From NCBI GenBank assembly GCA_015522685.1, contig WALU01000029.1:2042-66041 (forward strand): a stretch of 64,000 bases of DNA, in the 5' to 3' direction. Positions 41,559 to 51,525 of this stretch are shown one piece after another; positions within the stretch are counted from its first letter, which is position 1, and every line of letters starts with the position of its first letter. Below the pieces are notes generated by a model that was not told the origin of the DNA, made no database searches, and worked only from the letters and a program-made list of their open reading frames with translations. Position numbers and translations under genes: made by a program. Origin of the DNA: Thermoproteota archaeon. GTDB lineage: Archaea > Korarchaeota > Korarchaeia > Korarchaeales > Korarchaeaceae.

Positions 41559-41984
41559 TCACCAAGAGAAGTCATCCCACGGAACATCTTGGTTTTCGCA
41601 GGCCTTCTTATTGATTATTATATCTAAAATCTCCCCTGCTGATCTTGTGAATGCTTCCAAGTCTCCTGCTTCATCCTCCCTTATTGCTAGCACTATGACA
41701 TCGCACCCATTTTCATCTTCTAGTGATATATAACACTCTTTATCCATAACCTCGCTCAGCTCAGGATCATCTGCATCTAGTTCCATCCTCTCTATTCTAG
41801 CATACCATCTACCGCATTCATATACCACTGCCTTGGCTCCTAGAAACCTAGCGAGAGGAATAAGACTTTGCATCACTGTATTCCTAAGATCATTAGGTCC
41901 TAGCTCGAGGAATTCATAGGGATCTTTCCTTATCCTCTGGGAGAAGTGATCCCAGTTCATTCCTATTTGTTCAACTTCGTCCAT
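41559..41984 (-). CDS. Hypothetical acidic protein
   Basis: Protein-like 141-aa ORF with an upstream GAGG SD-like element. Confidence 0.6.
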   Translation of the reverse strand: MDEVEQIGMNWDHFSQRIRKDPYEFLELGPNDLRNTVMQSLIPLARFLGAKAVVYECGRWYARIERMELDADDPELSEVMDKECYISLEDENGCDVIVLAIREDEAGDLEAFTRSAGEILDIIINKKACENQDVPWDDFSW

Positions 41985-42075
41985 TTAGCCTCGGGGTCCT
42001 CAAAGGGTGGAGAGTAATAAGCCTTTTGTTTTCACTCATATAAACTAATTTAAGGTAACTATATCTGAAAAACAT

Positions 42076-43023
42076 ATGGAGTTCAGATATCTTGGAACTT
42101 CTGATGTAAAAATTTCTGCTGTTAGCCTTGGAACGTGGCAATTTAGTGATTCGTGGGGTGTGACAGATTATAAAAGCGCCAAATTCATAGTGGAGAGGGC
42201 TATAGAGCTTGGAATAAACTTCTTTGATACAGCAGCTGTTTATGGAAAAGGTATGAGTGAGCGGCTCCTAGGAAGAGCATTGAAAGAGCTGGGAGTAAGA
42301 GAAGATGTTGTTATTGCTACCAAACTCCCTGGAGAATTCTTATCAAGGCATGATGTGTTCAAAGGAACGAAAAAATGCTTGGAAAGATTAGGTACAGAGT
42401 ATATAGATCTAATGCAGGTCCATTGGCCGCCTCTGTGGAATAATTTCCCAACTTGTGGATACATGAGAGCTCTAGAGGAGCTTATTCACAAGGGAGTGAT
42501 TAGGTATATAGGACTGAGTAATTTTCCTGTAGAGCTAATAGACTCGGCTTGGTCCTGCTTATCCACTGAGGACTTAGTAAGCGAGCAGATTAGGTATAAT
42601 CTAGTGGAGAGAGATGCTGAGAAGGAGATAATACCCTACGCTGAGGCATATGGATTGAGCGTATTCACATGGTCTCCTCTAGCGAAAGGAGCTCTCACAG
42701 GAAAATACACTCCCGATAACCTGCCAGAATTCGATGATGTGAGGAGGGGATCTGCATTATTCCATCCAGATAACATGAAGCAGATATACAAAGTAGTTAG
42801 CATCCTCAAGGAAATCGGTGAGAGGCATGAGAAGGCCCCGGCTCAGGTGGCTCTAAACTGGCTACTAATGTCCAGCGATAATGTAATAGTAATACCAGGA
42901 GCGAAAAACCCGAAGCAGGTGGAAGATAATGCTAATGCTTCTGGCTGGAGAATGACTCTTGATGAGTGGCTAAGGCTTGAGGAGGCTAGCAGTAGGGTTA
43001 GGGTATCGAGAGTCGTTTGGTAA
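42076..43023 (+). CDS. Aldo/keto reductase
   Basis: LGTWQ, DTA.VYG.G.SE, ATK, DL.Q.HWP, IGLSNF, WSPL.KG.LTGKY. Confidence 0.93.
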   Translation: MEFRYLGTSDVKISAVSLGTWQFSDSWGVTDYKSAKFIVERAIELGINFFDTAAVYGKGMSERLLGRALKELGVREDVVIATKLPGEFLSRHDVFKGTKKCLERLGTEYIDLMQVHWPPLWNNFPTCGYMRALEELIHKGVIRYIGLSNFPVELIDSAWSCLSTEDLVSEQIRYNLVERDAEKEIIPYAEAYGLSVFTWSPLAKGALTGKYTPDNLPEFDDVRRGSALFHPDNMKQIYKVVSILKEIGERHEKAPAQVALNWLLMSSDNVIVIPGAKNPKQVEDNANASGWRMTLDEWLRLEEASSRVRVSRVVW

Positions 43024-43044
43024 AGCTTCGAGGAGGAAGTACTT

Positions 43045-43656
43045 TTGATACTACTAACAGGATTCAAAAGATGGAGTGATATACCAGAGAATCCAACAGA
43101 ACAGCTAGTGAGAGAATTGTGCGAGGGAGATGTCATGGGTAGGATACTCCCTGTATCCTTCTCAAGAGCTGGTTCTATCATTAAGAATCTAATAGAGAAG
43201 TATGAACCTGATGCCATCTTGAACTTGGGATTGGCGCCAGGAAGAGCTGCGATAAGGGTTGAGAGAATAGCAATAAACTTGATAGACACCATAATTCCCG
43301 ATAACGATGACGTAAAACCGGTGGATGAACTTATAGATGCTGACGGTCCGTTAGCTTATATGGCGACCATTCCCACAAAGAGAATAATCAATGCCATCAG
43401 ATCCGCGGGAATTCCTGCTTTTCTCTCTTACTCAGCTGGGACCTACTTATGCAACTACGTTATGTATAGAAGCTTGAGAACTGTGGACAAATTAGGTTTA
43501 GAGGCGGTATCTGGGTTCATTCATGTTCCTTATTCATCGGAAATTGCTTCCAAGGTTAAGAAGCCAGTTCCTAGCCTCTCAATGTCTACCTTAAGGAAAG
43601 CCATAGTGATAGCGTTAGAAGTAATTAGGAAAGTCATCTCCTCTTACCAATCTTAA
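43045..43656 (+). CDS. pcp: Pyroglutamyl-peptidase I
   Basis: LLTGF, NP, E(R)IAIN, SAGTYLCN (catalytic Cys), GFIHVP. Confidence 0.92.
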   Translation: MILLTGFKRWSDIPENPTEQLVRELCEGDVMGRILPVSFSRAGSIIKNLIEKYEPDAILNLGLAPGRAAIRVERIAINLIDTIIPDNDDVKPVDELIDADGPLAYMATIPTKRIINAIRSAGIPAFLSYSAGTYLCNYVMYRSLRTVDKLGLEAVSGFIHVPYSSEIASKVKKPVPSLSMSTLRKAIVIALEVIRKVISSYQS

Positions 43657-43939
43657 GTTTCATTATCTTAGCTAGGGCTCTCGCTTCATGAACTTTTTTC
43701 CTTGATAGGAACCACTCTAACGCTTCCTCTGCCTCCTTTTTAGGAATAGGATTTAGCTTGAGGAACTCAATCAGGCCCTCTTTAATTATCTGGTACTTTT
43801 GACCCTCGCTCAGGCCCTTGAATCCCTTGAATCTACCCGTTACATTGAGGTAGTGATGAGCTCTTCTGGCCCACTCGCTCATAAATCTAAAGGCTGAGGA
43901 GATCTTATAATACCTCTTCCTTATTCTACTATCATTCAT
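43634..43939 (-). CDS. Hypothetical basic protein
   Basis: 101-aa ORF translationally coupled to the end of the solute-binding-protein gene. Confidence 0.6.
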   Translation of the reverse strand: MNDSRIRKRYYKISSAFRFMSEWARRAHHYLNVTGRFKGFKGLSEGQKYQIIKEGLIEFLKLNPIPKKEAEEALEWFLSRKKVHEARALAKIMKLKIGKRR

Positions 43940-44913
43940 TTACTTCTCTGATTCATTATTATATATGCTGCTCCCCATAGAGTAAACACTATAATTAGGA
44001 AAGATGCTACAAGAGGGAGTTCGCTATATTCAGTTACTTTCCCTTTTGTCAGATTGATCTTGGAGAAGTTGCTGATAATATCTAAGAGCTTATTTGGGAT
44101 ACTCCTAGTCTCGAGAGGAGAAGGCACTACTATGCATGGAATACCTGATTCCTTTGCTAATTCCTTAGCCTTCAGGTTAAGCTGGGTCCTGCTACTGCCT
44201 ATAAGGATCATAACATCTATATTTCCAAGCATAGCTTCCCTTCTCATCTCTATCAGTTCTGGAGGAGTTGCAGGTACCCCTACATCCTTAAGGAGGAGAT
44301 ATTTCACCTTAACGCCGATCCATTCGACTGCGTATTGAGCGAATGGAGTTACAGCTACAGCTGTAATATTCATCTTCGGCGCTCTCTCTACAATTCCTTC
44401 AATTTCTGCCTTAATTCTCTCATAATTTTCGTTATAGATCGAGATACATGATGGATTTAGCTCACTCATGGCTCTCTTAAGATAATTCATAAATATTAGA
44501 TAGTTTTTGGGATCGTATATCGGCATATGATAGTTGGGTTGTCCTGTAGCTGGATTTTTCTTTATATTAATCCCCTTTATCTTAGGAATTTCAATTAGAT
44601 GCGCTTTAATCTCTCCATTAGCCACCTTCTCATAGATCATCTTCTCGAAGGGGGTATGAGCTGTTGATATAATTATATCAGCACCTATGAGTATGCTGAT
44701 ATCTCCAGGCCTGAGCTCATACTCGTGGGGATCCACTCCAGGTGGAACTAGGGACTTAACCTCATCAGAGTTACACGCTAGTAACCTCACATCGTAGGCC
44801 AGATTTGGGAATGTAGTTACTATCTTAAGACCATTTGGACTAGCAGAAGAGAGAGCTAGATGAATCAGCAGCAAAATCATTAGTAATAGCAGGAGAAGCT
44901 TTTTTGTATGCAT
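43936..44913 (-). CDS. Metal ABC transporter solute-binding protein (ZnuA/TroA cluster) with a C-terminal TM anchor
   Basis: Signal peptide, DPHEYEL.P.D, NYHM..DP, C-terminal hydrophobic helix. Confidence 0.85.
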   Translation of the reverse strand: MHTKKLLLLLLMILLLIHLALSSASPNGLKIVTTFPNLAYDVRLLACNSDEVKSLVPPGVDPHEYELRPGDISILIGADIIISTAHTPFEKMIYEKVANGEIKAHLIEIPKIKGINIKKNPATGQPNYHMPIYDPKNYLIFMNYLKRAMSELNPSCISIYNENYERIKAEIEGIVERAPKMNITAVAVTPFAQYAVEWIGVKVKYLLLKDVGVPATPPELIEMRREAMLGNIDVMILIGSSRTQLNLKAKELAKESGIPCIVVPSPLETRSIPNKLLDIISNFSKINLTKGKVTEYSELPLVASFLIIVFTLWGAAYIIMNQRSK

Positions 44914-44924
44914 TAATTTTTAGG

Positions 44925-44964
44925 TTGTGCACATCTTTATAAGTGTATAATATGTTTTGTGCAC
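44925..44964. promoter_or_regulatory. Divergent promoter flanked by two TTGTGCAC boxes (candidate NikR-family operator)
   Basis: TTGTGCAC at 44925-32 and 44957-64, with central TTTATAAG/TATAAT. Confidence 0.55.
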
Positions 44965-44972
44965 GATTGGAA

Positions 44973-45743
44973 ATGGTTCCTCCTGCAATAGAGGTATCTG
45001 ACCTAGCAATTTCATATGGAGATGAAGTTATATTTAGTAGAGAGAGCTTCAAACTTAAAGGATATGGCCTAACAGTGGTTATAGGACCCAATGGTGCGGG
45101 TAAGACCACCCTTTTCAAGGGGCTCTTGGGTCTCATTCCAGTAAGGGGTAGGGTACTCATCAACGGTATAGATGTTACTGGAAAGGCAGAAGAGGCCGGT
45201 AAGCTTGTAGGTTATGTCCCTCAGTTCAAAGCGGAGGATTACAGTTTTCCAATTAATGTGAAGGAGATTGTGGAGTCCGCCATTGCTCTCAGGAGAAAGC
45301 CTCCTAGGATAGGATTCCCAAGGGAAGTAAGAGCTAGGATAAGGGAGGTAATGAAGATGATGGGAATATGGGATATAAGAAGCAAACCTCTTCTAGAGCT
45401 AAGCGGAGGTCAGAGGCAAAGAGTGTTCATAGCAAGATCCCTAGTGTGGGATCCTCCTGTTCTGATAATGGACGAGCCTCTAACAGCAGTGGATCCAATA
45501 GGAAGAGCTGATTTAGTCAAAATGATAAAAGAGCTTGCCGAAAATAAGTTAGTGTTAGTAAGCAGCCATGATCCCAGCTTTTTCTTGGATAAGACGGAAA
45601 ACTTGATGGTAGTAAATAAGAGGATAGTGGCGCTTGGTTCTCCAAAGGAAGTGCTAAAGGAGGATCTTCTAAGCAAAGTTTACGGAAGGAGCGTCTTTCT
45701 TGTAGAGAAATGCGTCCATGTGGTGGATGGATATGCCATTTAA
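44973..45743 (+). CDS. Metal ABC transporter ATP-binding protein; probable start ATG 44973
   Basis: GPNGAGKTT, YVPQ, LSGGQRQR, MDEP, SHD. Confidence 0.9.
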   Translation: MVPPAIEVSDLAISYGDEVIFSRESFKLKGYGLTVVIGPNGAGKTTLFKGLLGLIPVRGRVLINGIDVTGKAEEAGKLVGYVPQFKAEDYSFPINVKEIVESAIALRRKPPRIGFPREVRARIREVMKMMGIWDIRSKPLLELSGGQRQRVFIARSLVWDPPVLIMDEPLTAVDPIGRADLVKMIKELAENKLVLVSSHDPSFFLDKTENLMVVNKRIVALGSPKEVLKEDLLSKVYGRSVFLVEKCVHVVDGYAI

Positions 45744-46536
45744 TCTCATAATGGACCCTAGATGGGTTATAGTTGTTGGCCTAGCATCGATAGTTTATGG
45801 AATTCTAAGTCCCGTCGTCGTCTCTAGGAAACTTCTATTCCTAGCGGGTACTCTTCCACATTCGGCTTTACTTTCTGCTCTTCTAGCAATAATAACTCTA
45901 AACTTGCTTGGATGTCCCTTCGAGATATGTTCTATAGCCTTCAGCCTTGCTTTGGTCTCCCTAGTATCTCTTCTCCTCTCTAAAGGAGTTAAATCGGACG
46001 AAGCCACCGCAATATTCGTTTCCATTAGTGTTTCTTTCACAGTAATAGCCCTTTACTATATCTTAACAGCATTTCCAATGGAAACTAGTGTTTGGGCTTA
46101 TATAATCGGTGATCCTCTACTCGTAACGTGGGAAGATGTATATTTCATGGTCGCTGTCTCTATTATAATATTCTTCTTTATAGTACCCTTCCTTCGTGAG
46201 CATATATTGATAGGTGTGGATAGGGACTTTGTAAAACTGTCCGGCATTAAGGTTTCATTGTATGATGCGATGATGGTCGCCTCCCTAGCCATAGCTACTG
46301 TAGGGCTTCTGAGAGCAGTAGGCTTCGTGGTAGAGCATGTAATGGTTCTCTTACCAGGCATAACAGCATCATCCCTAGCTAAAAGCGGGAGAAATGCTGT
46401 CTTGCTGGGACTGCTGCTTTCCTTGGCTGGAGGGATGATTGGATTAATATTGAGCGTGGCCACTGGTTTAGCGCCATCAGGTGTCATAGGAATCGTTATG
46501 TTAGTATTCTATGTAATATCATTGATGAGGAGGTAG
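45718..46536 (+). CDS. Metal ABC transporter permease (ZnuB/ABC-3)
   Basis: FLAG.LPHSAL, G.PL.V, D.D...L.G, AVG....LL.P. Confidence 0.87.
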   Translation: MWWMDMPFNLIMDPRWVIVVGLASIVYGILSPVVVSRKLLFLAGTLPHSALLSALLAIITLNLLGCPFEICSIAFSLALVSLVSLLLSKGVKSDEATAIFVSISVSFTVIALYYILTAFPMETSVWAYIIGDPLLVTWEDVYFMVAVSIIIFFFIVPFLREHILIGVDRDFVKLSGIKVSLYDAMMVASLAIATVGLLRAVGFVVEHVMVLLPGITASSLAKSGRNAVLLGLLLSLAGGMIGLILSVATGLAPSGVIGIVMLVFYVISLMRR

Positions 46537-46538
46537 GT

Positions 46539-46925
46539 ATGAAGAGGAGGTTCGGCATATCCCTCCCAGAGGAGCTCGTTGAGAAGATAGATAATCTCTC
46601 TAGGCATCTAGGCATAAGCAGATCTGAGCTCATACAGGATATTTTAATGGAGGCTATAGAGGACAGGTTGCATTTACTAACTCACCACACATGTCGTGGG
46701 ATATTGGTCGTTGTATCACAGAGGAGTGATGGAGAGAGAGTCTCTGAAGTATTGGAGAAGTATGGCGAGTGTCTCATTACCAGGACGCATCATCATGCAG
46801 GGAAGTCGTGTGTAGATATAGGCCTTGTGGAGGGAGATTCAGATACAATCTTAAGAATGGAGAACGAGTTAAGGAGGCTTAAGGGTGTCGGGGAGAAATA
46901 TCTCCCCTTCTGGTGCGTGAGGTAA
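46539..46925 (+). CDS. nikR: NikR-family ribbon-helix-helix metalloregulator
   Basis: RFGISLP.EL...RSELI (RHH); THHH.....C metal site. Confidence 0.8.
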   Translation: MKRRFGISLPEELVEKIDNLSRHLGISRSELIQDILMEAIEDRLHLLTHHTCRGILVVVSQRSDGERVSEVLEKYGECLITRTHHHAGKSCVDIGLVEGDSDTILRMENELRRLKGVGEKYLPFWCVR

Positions 46926-47509
46926 TATTATTAGCTCAAGCAGTTCATAGCTTTATGCCCACCCGACAAGAAAGCATTAATCTGCTCAATTTCTTCATCT
47001 TAGCATTTCTCAGGCCTACTGAGGAATGGCTAGTTGAGGTAGGGGAATCTTGGGAGAAGGTAAAGAATCATTTTCCTCTAACAGAGATTAAGCTGGTAGA
47101 TTCTAGCAACATGAATCAGGAGTATACTAGACTCTTTAGGTTTGGAAAGGAGGTTCCTTGTCCACCCTACGAATCTGTCTATAGGATGGAAGATAGGACC
47201 CTCATGTCCCACTATGCGATTGATGTGGAGAACAGAATGAGATCTTTCGGCGTAGAGGTTTCCAAGAACTTCAAAGAACCTCCAGAGCATATATCTGTAG
47301 AGTTGGAGTTTCTAAAGTATCTCTACCTGATAGGCGAAGGGGAGGCCCTTGAGGAGGCTGAATCATTCTTGGAGGATCATCTCATCCAGTGGGTTCCTCA
47401 GTTCTGCAATTGCATTATCAAAAACTCTAAGATTTCTTTCTATAAGGAAGTTTGTGTTCTCTTGAAAGAGTTCTTAAACGATGAGTTGAGGGATTTAAAG
47501 GCCATCTGA
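46913..47509 (+). CDS. TorD/DmsD-family redox enzyme maturation chaperone
   Basis: EYTRLF, PPYESVY, EP(P)EHI.VELEFL, FL..HL..W. Confidence 0.88.
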   Translation: MREVILLAQAVHSFMPTRQESINLLNFFILAFLRPTEEWLVEVGESWEKVKNHFPLTEIKLVDSSNMNQEYTRLFRFGKEVPCPPYESVYRMEDRTLMSHYAIDVENRMRSFGVEVSKNFKEPPEHISVELEFLKYLYLIGEGEALEEAESFLEDHLIQWVPQFCNCIIKNSKISFYKEVCVLLKEFLNDELRDLKAI

Positions 47510-47649
47510 TGGACTTAAGATGTATCTTTTAGAGGAAAGTAGAAGTGGTCAGGATAAATCGCGCGCGTGAAGCCGGTTTCGCTAGGTTAATTTGTAGGGT
47601 AGGTAGGTTGGATAGATAGCTTCGCTTTGATGCCTCCAGAAGTGAGGGA

Positions 47650-47952
47650 ATGACTAGGGCATTAGTATCATCAAAGTGGGTAGTAAAAGACTTTATAGAG
47701 TTATAGAGCTTACAGAATAAACTTAGAGGCTTCCTCGAAGTTGCAAGCGATATAGATGAGATAGAATTAGTATTCGATGAGTTATACCAGAAATCATTGA
47801 AAGAGCTTCTTCATATAAGGATAAATCATATTCCTCCCGAATTCGAGGAGTTCCATTGAGTTGAGTTAGCTGAGAATGAGGCTGATGTCGTTGAAGATGT
47901 TTTGGATGTTCTCAGAGCCATAGCCTTTAAGCATATAGCTTGGCTGTTATGA
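47650..47952 (+). pseudogene. Remnant of a DUF47/PhoU-like phosphate transport regulator with two in-frame stops
   Basis: ..IDEIELVFDELYQKSLKELL..*VELAENEADVVEDVLDVLRAIAFKH; stops near 47704 and 47858. Confidence 0.55.
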
Positions 47953-48455
47953 GTATGAGCATAAGTATAAGGAAACCATCCAATTTCTCCTTCATAAACG
48001 AGCATGTCGCAGGTTCTGCTTATATTAGTAACAAGGAGGAAGTTAATTGGATATATATGAAGGGGATTAGAGTCGCTATCTCACTGGTTCCTCTAAGCAA
48101 ATCAATCAGAGAGAGAATGAGAGAGTTGGAGATAGAGAATTACATTTTCGAGGTAGAAGAGTTCACAGCTCCGCCAATAGAAACCTTAGCTCAAATAGTG
48201 AATTTGATCTGGAGCAAAATAGGGGAAGGTAAGAGAACTCTAGTCCACTGCCTAGCTGGTTGTGGTAGAACGGGAACTGTACTAGCGGCCTATTTGATAT
48301 CGAAGGGAATGATGCCAGATGATGCCATTAAGCAATTGAGAGATTTGAGGCCGTGCTCTATAGAGACTCAACAGCAGTATAATGCTATATGGTTCTATCA
48401 CAGTTACAGATTCAAGGAGAGAATTCACTCTCAATCTCCTCAGCAAGAGCCTTGA
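47940..48455 (+). CDS. Dual-specificity/protein-tyrosine phosphatase
   Basis: HCLAGCGRTGT (CX5R), R.LRP.SIET..Q. Confidence 0.92.
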   Translation: MAVMSMSISIRKPSNFSFINEHVAGSAYISNKEEVNWIYMKGIRVAISLVPLSKSIRERMRELEIENYIFEVEEFTAPPIETLAQIVNLIWSKIGEGKRTLVHCLAGCGRTGTVLAAYLISKGMMPDDAIKQLRDLRPCSIETQQQYNAIWFYHSYRFKERIHSQSPQQEP

Positions 48456-48840
48456 GATCTCCCTCCTCATATGTAAGATCCCTTATTGAGAGAACACCTA
48501 TAGGAACACCCGCTTCATTCACTATAACTAAATGCCTGATGTTGCGCTCTTTCATAAGCTTAACAGCCCTATAGAGAACATCTGTATCCTTTATTGTAAC
48601 AACGTCCTTGATCATTAGCTCCTCAATTTTAGAATTCTCTTTATTGCTAGCTACGGCCCTTAGTACATCTCTCTCTGAGAGAACCCCTAAGAGTTTCCCC
48701 GGATCAGATGAGTCGACTACCACTAAGAAGCCTATTCCCTTTGATATCATCACCTTTGCAGCATCCTTGATGGTTTTATCTGGGGTGATGCTTACCAATC
48801 CATAACCCTTTAGAAGATCTCTTACCTTCATATGAGGCAT
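48412..48840 (-). CDS. Tandem CBS-domain protein
   Basis: Two CBS repeats (GVLSERD, GVLSIRD). Confidence 0.9.
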   Translation of the reverse strand: MPHMKVRDLLKGYGLVSITPDKTIKDAAKVMISKGIGFLVVVDSSDPGKLLGVLSERDVLRAVASNKENSKIEELMIKDVVTIKDTDVLYRAVKLMKERNIRHLVIVNEAGVPIGVLSIRDLTYEEGDLKALAEEIESEFSP

Positions 48841-49198
48841 AACTTCATCCCTCTTCTTTTATTCTAAAAGAGATATATCTAAAAGTTATGGTATATACAT
48901 AAAGATATGTTGGAGTATATGCGTTGCTAATGAGCTTTATTGGAATTTTTCTCTGTAGCTCATTATGCTCACTCTATTAAGTATTTAGATAGATATGATG
49001 TTCTCTTCATAAGCTGCATTAACTTCAGAACTTTCCGAAATATTGGAGCATTTAGAGGCTAATCTGAAGAAATTAGTAATATCGAGTAGTTCCATCACTT
49101 TATGGCTAACCCTTAAAAGGCTTGGAATGGGGATCTATCTTGGGCCTCGGATCTCTGTTAGAGTACATCTAGCCAGTTCACCAATTTAGAGAACAGAT

Positions 49199-50380
49199 TT
49201 ACTGAATAAACTTTCCCACGGCTTTCATTGACGATACGAACATTGTAACTCCAACAATTAGTAAACAGAGAGAAGAGAATGTAAAAGCCACCGAATAGCT
49301 GAATGCCGCTATTAAAGCGCCTGTTACTATAGGGGCTGGGAGCCTTGAGAGAGATATTGCCGTTGAGAGGAAAGCTATTGCATCTTGAGGGTTTCTGGGA
49401 GCTAGTTTAGATACTACTGCTGTTACTATAGGAGCATAGCTAGCTGATCCAAGTCCGAGCAGAACCGCTGCGGCTAGAAATCCGGGTATGCCGGCGGAGG
49501 GCATTATGTATACGAGTATTCCTAGAACCATGAATACCTCAGAGAGACCTAATATAACCCTCTTATCCCTGATCTTATCGGAGAGCCATCCGATAGGTAT
49601 GCTAAAGAATATTGAAGTTGCTCCTTCAAGCATTGCAGCTAGTGCTATATGCTCCACTCTGGCACCAAATATCGCAGGAGCCAGAACCAAGTGAAATGGG
49701 AAGAAAGAGTTCCTAGCGAAGTTATTGAGGAATGTCAAGCCAACTATTCCCCTTGTTTCTGATGTTAAGGAACCCTTCCAGAAGGTAATCCTCCCTTTCC
49801 CTTTAACTCCAAATTCTCCTATCAGAGGAGCTATCATGAAAGTAGCCAATAATCCGAAGAGAAGACCGAAGGATAGGGCCATGTTGCGGGTAGCGATAGA
49901 TATAAGGGCTACCCCCAATGCCGGCCCTAATATGGCTCCTATCTGCCAGGATACTCTCACAGAGCTGAAAACTGTTCCTGCTTTTTCCTTAAGGAGGAGG
50001 CTAGTTACCTGATTCCTTCCCATTATATGAAGAGCTCTCCCCATTCTAGCCAAGGCAAGAGAGGCGAAGATAATCAGTGGTGATATATTCATCAGGATTA
50101 TGCCGGAGGATGCCGCAATTCCTATAGACCCCAGCAAAAATGTCAGAGCTGGCGAGGAGAAGGAAGCGAAGATCCACCTAACTACGAATTCTAGGACATT
50201 GGCTCCTGATACTATAAGACCATATGTAGATGCATTGACTCCTGCCTCTTCCACAAGAAAGGGCCATATAGGCTGGTAGATATAGAGAGAAGTACCTACG
50301 AGGAAAGATCCTATAAGAACTGTCAGAAGACCTCTCTTTGATTTAAGAGCTATTTTTATCTCCTCCCTTTTCTCATACAA
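49199..50380 (-). CDS. MFS transporter
   Basis: About 12 TM helices; GWLSDKIRDKR motif A; ILGPALG. Confidence 0.87.
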   Translation of the reverse strand: MYEKREEIKIALKSKRGLLTVLIGSFLVGTSLYIYQPIWPFLVEEAGVNASTYGLIVSGANVLEFVVRWIFASFSSPALTFLLGSIGIAASSGIILMNISPLIIFASLALARMGRALHIMGRNQVTSLLLKEKAGTVFSSVRVSWQIGAILGPALGVALISIATRNMALSFGLLFGLLATFMIAPLIGEFGVKGKGRITFWKGSLTSETRGIVGLTFLNNFARNSFFPFHLVLAPAIFGARVEHIALAAMLEGATSIFFSIPIGWLSDKIRDKRVILGLSEVFMVLGILVYIMPSAGIPGFLAAAVLLGLGSASYAPIVTAVVSKLAPRNPQDAIAFLSTAISLSRLPAPIVTGALIAAFSYSVAFTFSSLCLLIVGVTMFVSSMKAVGKFIQ

Positions 50381-51205
50381 TTATCTCTCTTTCAATGCTT
50401 CTCTTCCTTCCTTTGTAATGGTTAGTATACTTCCAGATGGAGTTTTCCTTATCTCCAGTAATTTATTTTCCTCTAGCCTCTTTGCTCTTCTCCATAATGT
50501 CGTCTTTGGTATAGACAGCTCCTTCCTTAGCTCCGAGAGGGCCTTATCTCCATCAGCTAAGGAGGATAGTATCGAGAGGCCGACGCTATCAAGGCTGTAG
50601 CCGAACCTCCTAACTCTCCTCTTAGTATTAAACCACCAGAGAAAGGCGACAATAAGGGCGATTATTATCGAGGTGATATAAAGGTAGGGAGTTCCCTGCT
50701 TATTTTCTACCGGAGGAGAGGTATATACATATTCTATTGAGAAAGGTGCTCTCATTATAAATTCGAGGTAATTAGTGCCCTCCTTTATACTTAGTGGAGT
50801 GCTAGATATCCCAACTATGTCTGGAGCACCGATCAATCTTACTATGATAGGAGAGGAAAGATTCTCAGTCAAGTTAAGGATCCAAACTATGCCTTGCTTG
50901 AATGTCAAGCTCTGAGTATCATATGTTATGTTCAGGATGGTTGAAGCCTCAGCATTGACGATAAGAGTACGATTTTCCATAGTATAGTTGAGTGGGAGAC
51001 CTTCCTCATCCAATATGGTGATGTAAGATGGATCCCCAAGGAGAGGAATCTCCATTATGACATTAGATACATTTAGTACTTCTTCTACCCTACACCATCC
51101 ATCAGGATTAACTGTTATAGTTATCCCTTGATACTGTGCGGCTAGGTTTAGTTGAGATATCAGAATAACGTATGCCAGTAGTACCAGGACTAGAGCTTTT
51201 TTCAT
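50381..51205 (-). CDS. Membrane-anchored wHTH regulator: signal peptide, extracellular beta domain, TM helix, cytoplasmic HTH (COG2512-like)
   Basis: N-terminal signal, TM YITSIIIALIVAFLWWF, SELRKELSIPKTTLWRRAKRLEE..L. Confidence 0.8.
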   Translation of the reverse strand: MKKALVLVLLAYVILISQLNLAAQYQGITITVNPDGWCRVEEVLNVSNVIMEIPLLGDPSYITILDEEGLPLNYTMENRTLIVNAEASTILNITYDTQSLTFKQGIVWILNLTENLSSPIIVRLIGAPDIVGISSTPLSIKEGTNYLEFIMRAPFSIEYVYTSPPVENKQGTPYLYITSIIIALIVAFLWWFNTKRRVRRFGYSLDSVGLSILSSLADGDKALSELRKELSIPKTTLWRRAKRLEENKLLEIRKTPSGSILTITKEGREALKER

Positions 51206-51525
51206 GCAGATCGATCAGATATGAAAGAAAAAGTTATTAGGTTTAATTGATTCAGGAGATTAAAATAAATCTATGTAATGTAAGTTTATTTCTGGTTATC
51301 ACTCCAGACAAATTAAGCAGAAGATCTCTTAGGCTACTAAGAGGATCAGTAGGGCATCTCAGGCCTTCTCAACTTTAGTTAGAGCGGAGAGCGACTAGTA
51401 GATCGCACTTTACTTAAACTTGAAAGCGAAGCTCATTCCATCAAGTAAGATCATCAGCTTTCAAGATCTTGAGTAAAAGGAAAGAATATGAGGAGATAGG
51501 TATGGTAGGCCCCATTTTTGATTGA

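Noticed and set aside
48990-49150. STAS-like phrase RVSHKVMELLDITNFF on the minus strand
   Set aside because: Short and flanked by stops; the similarity may be chance.
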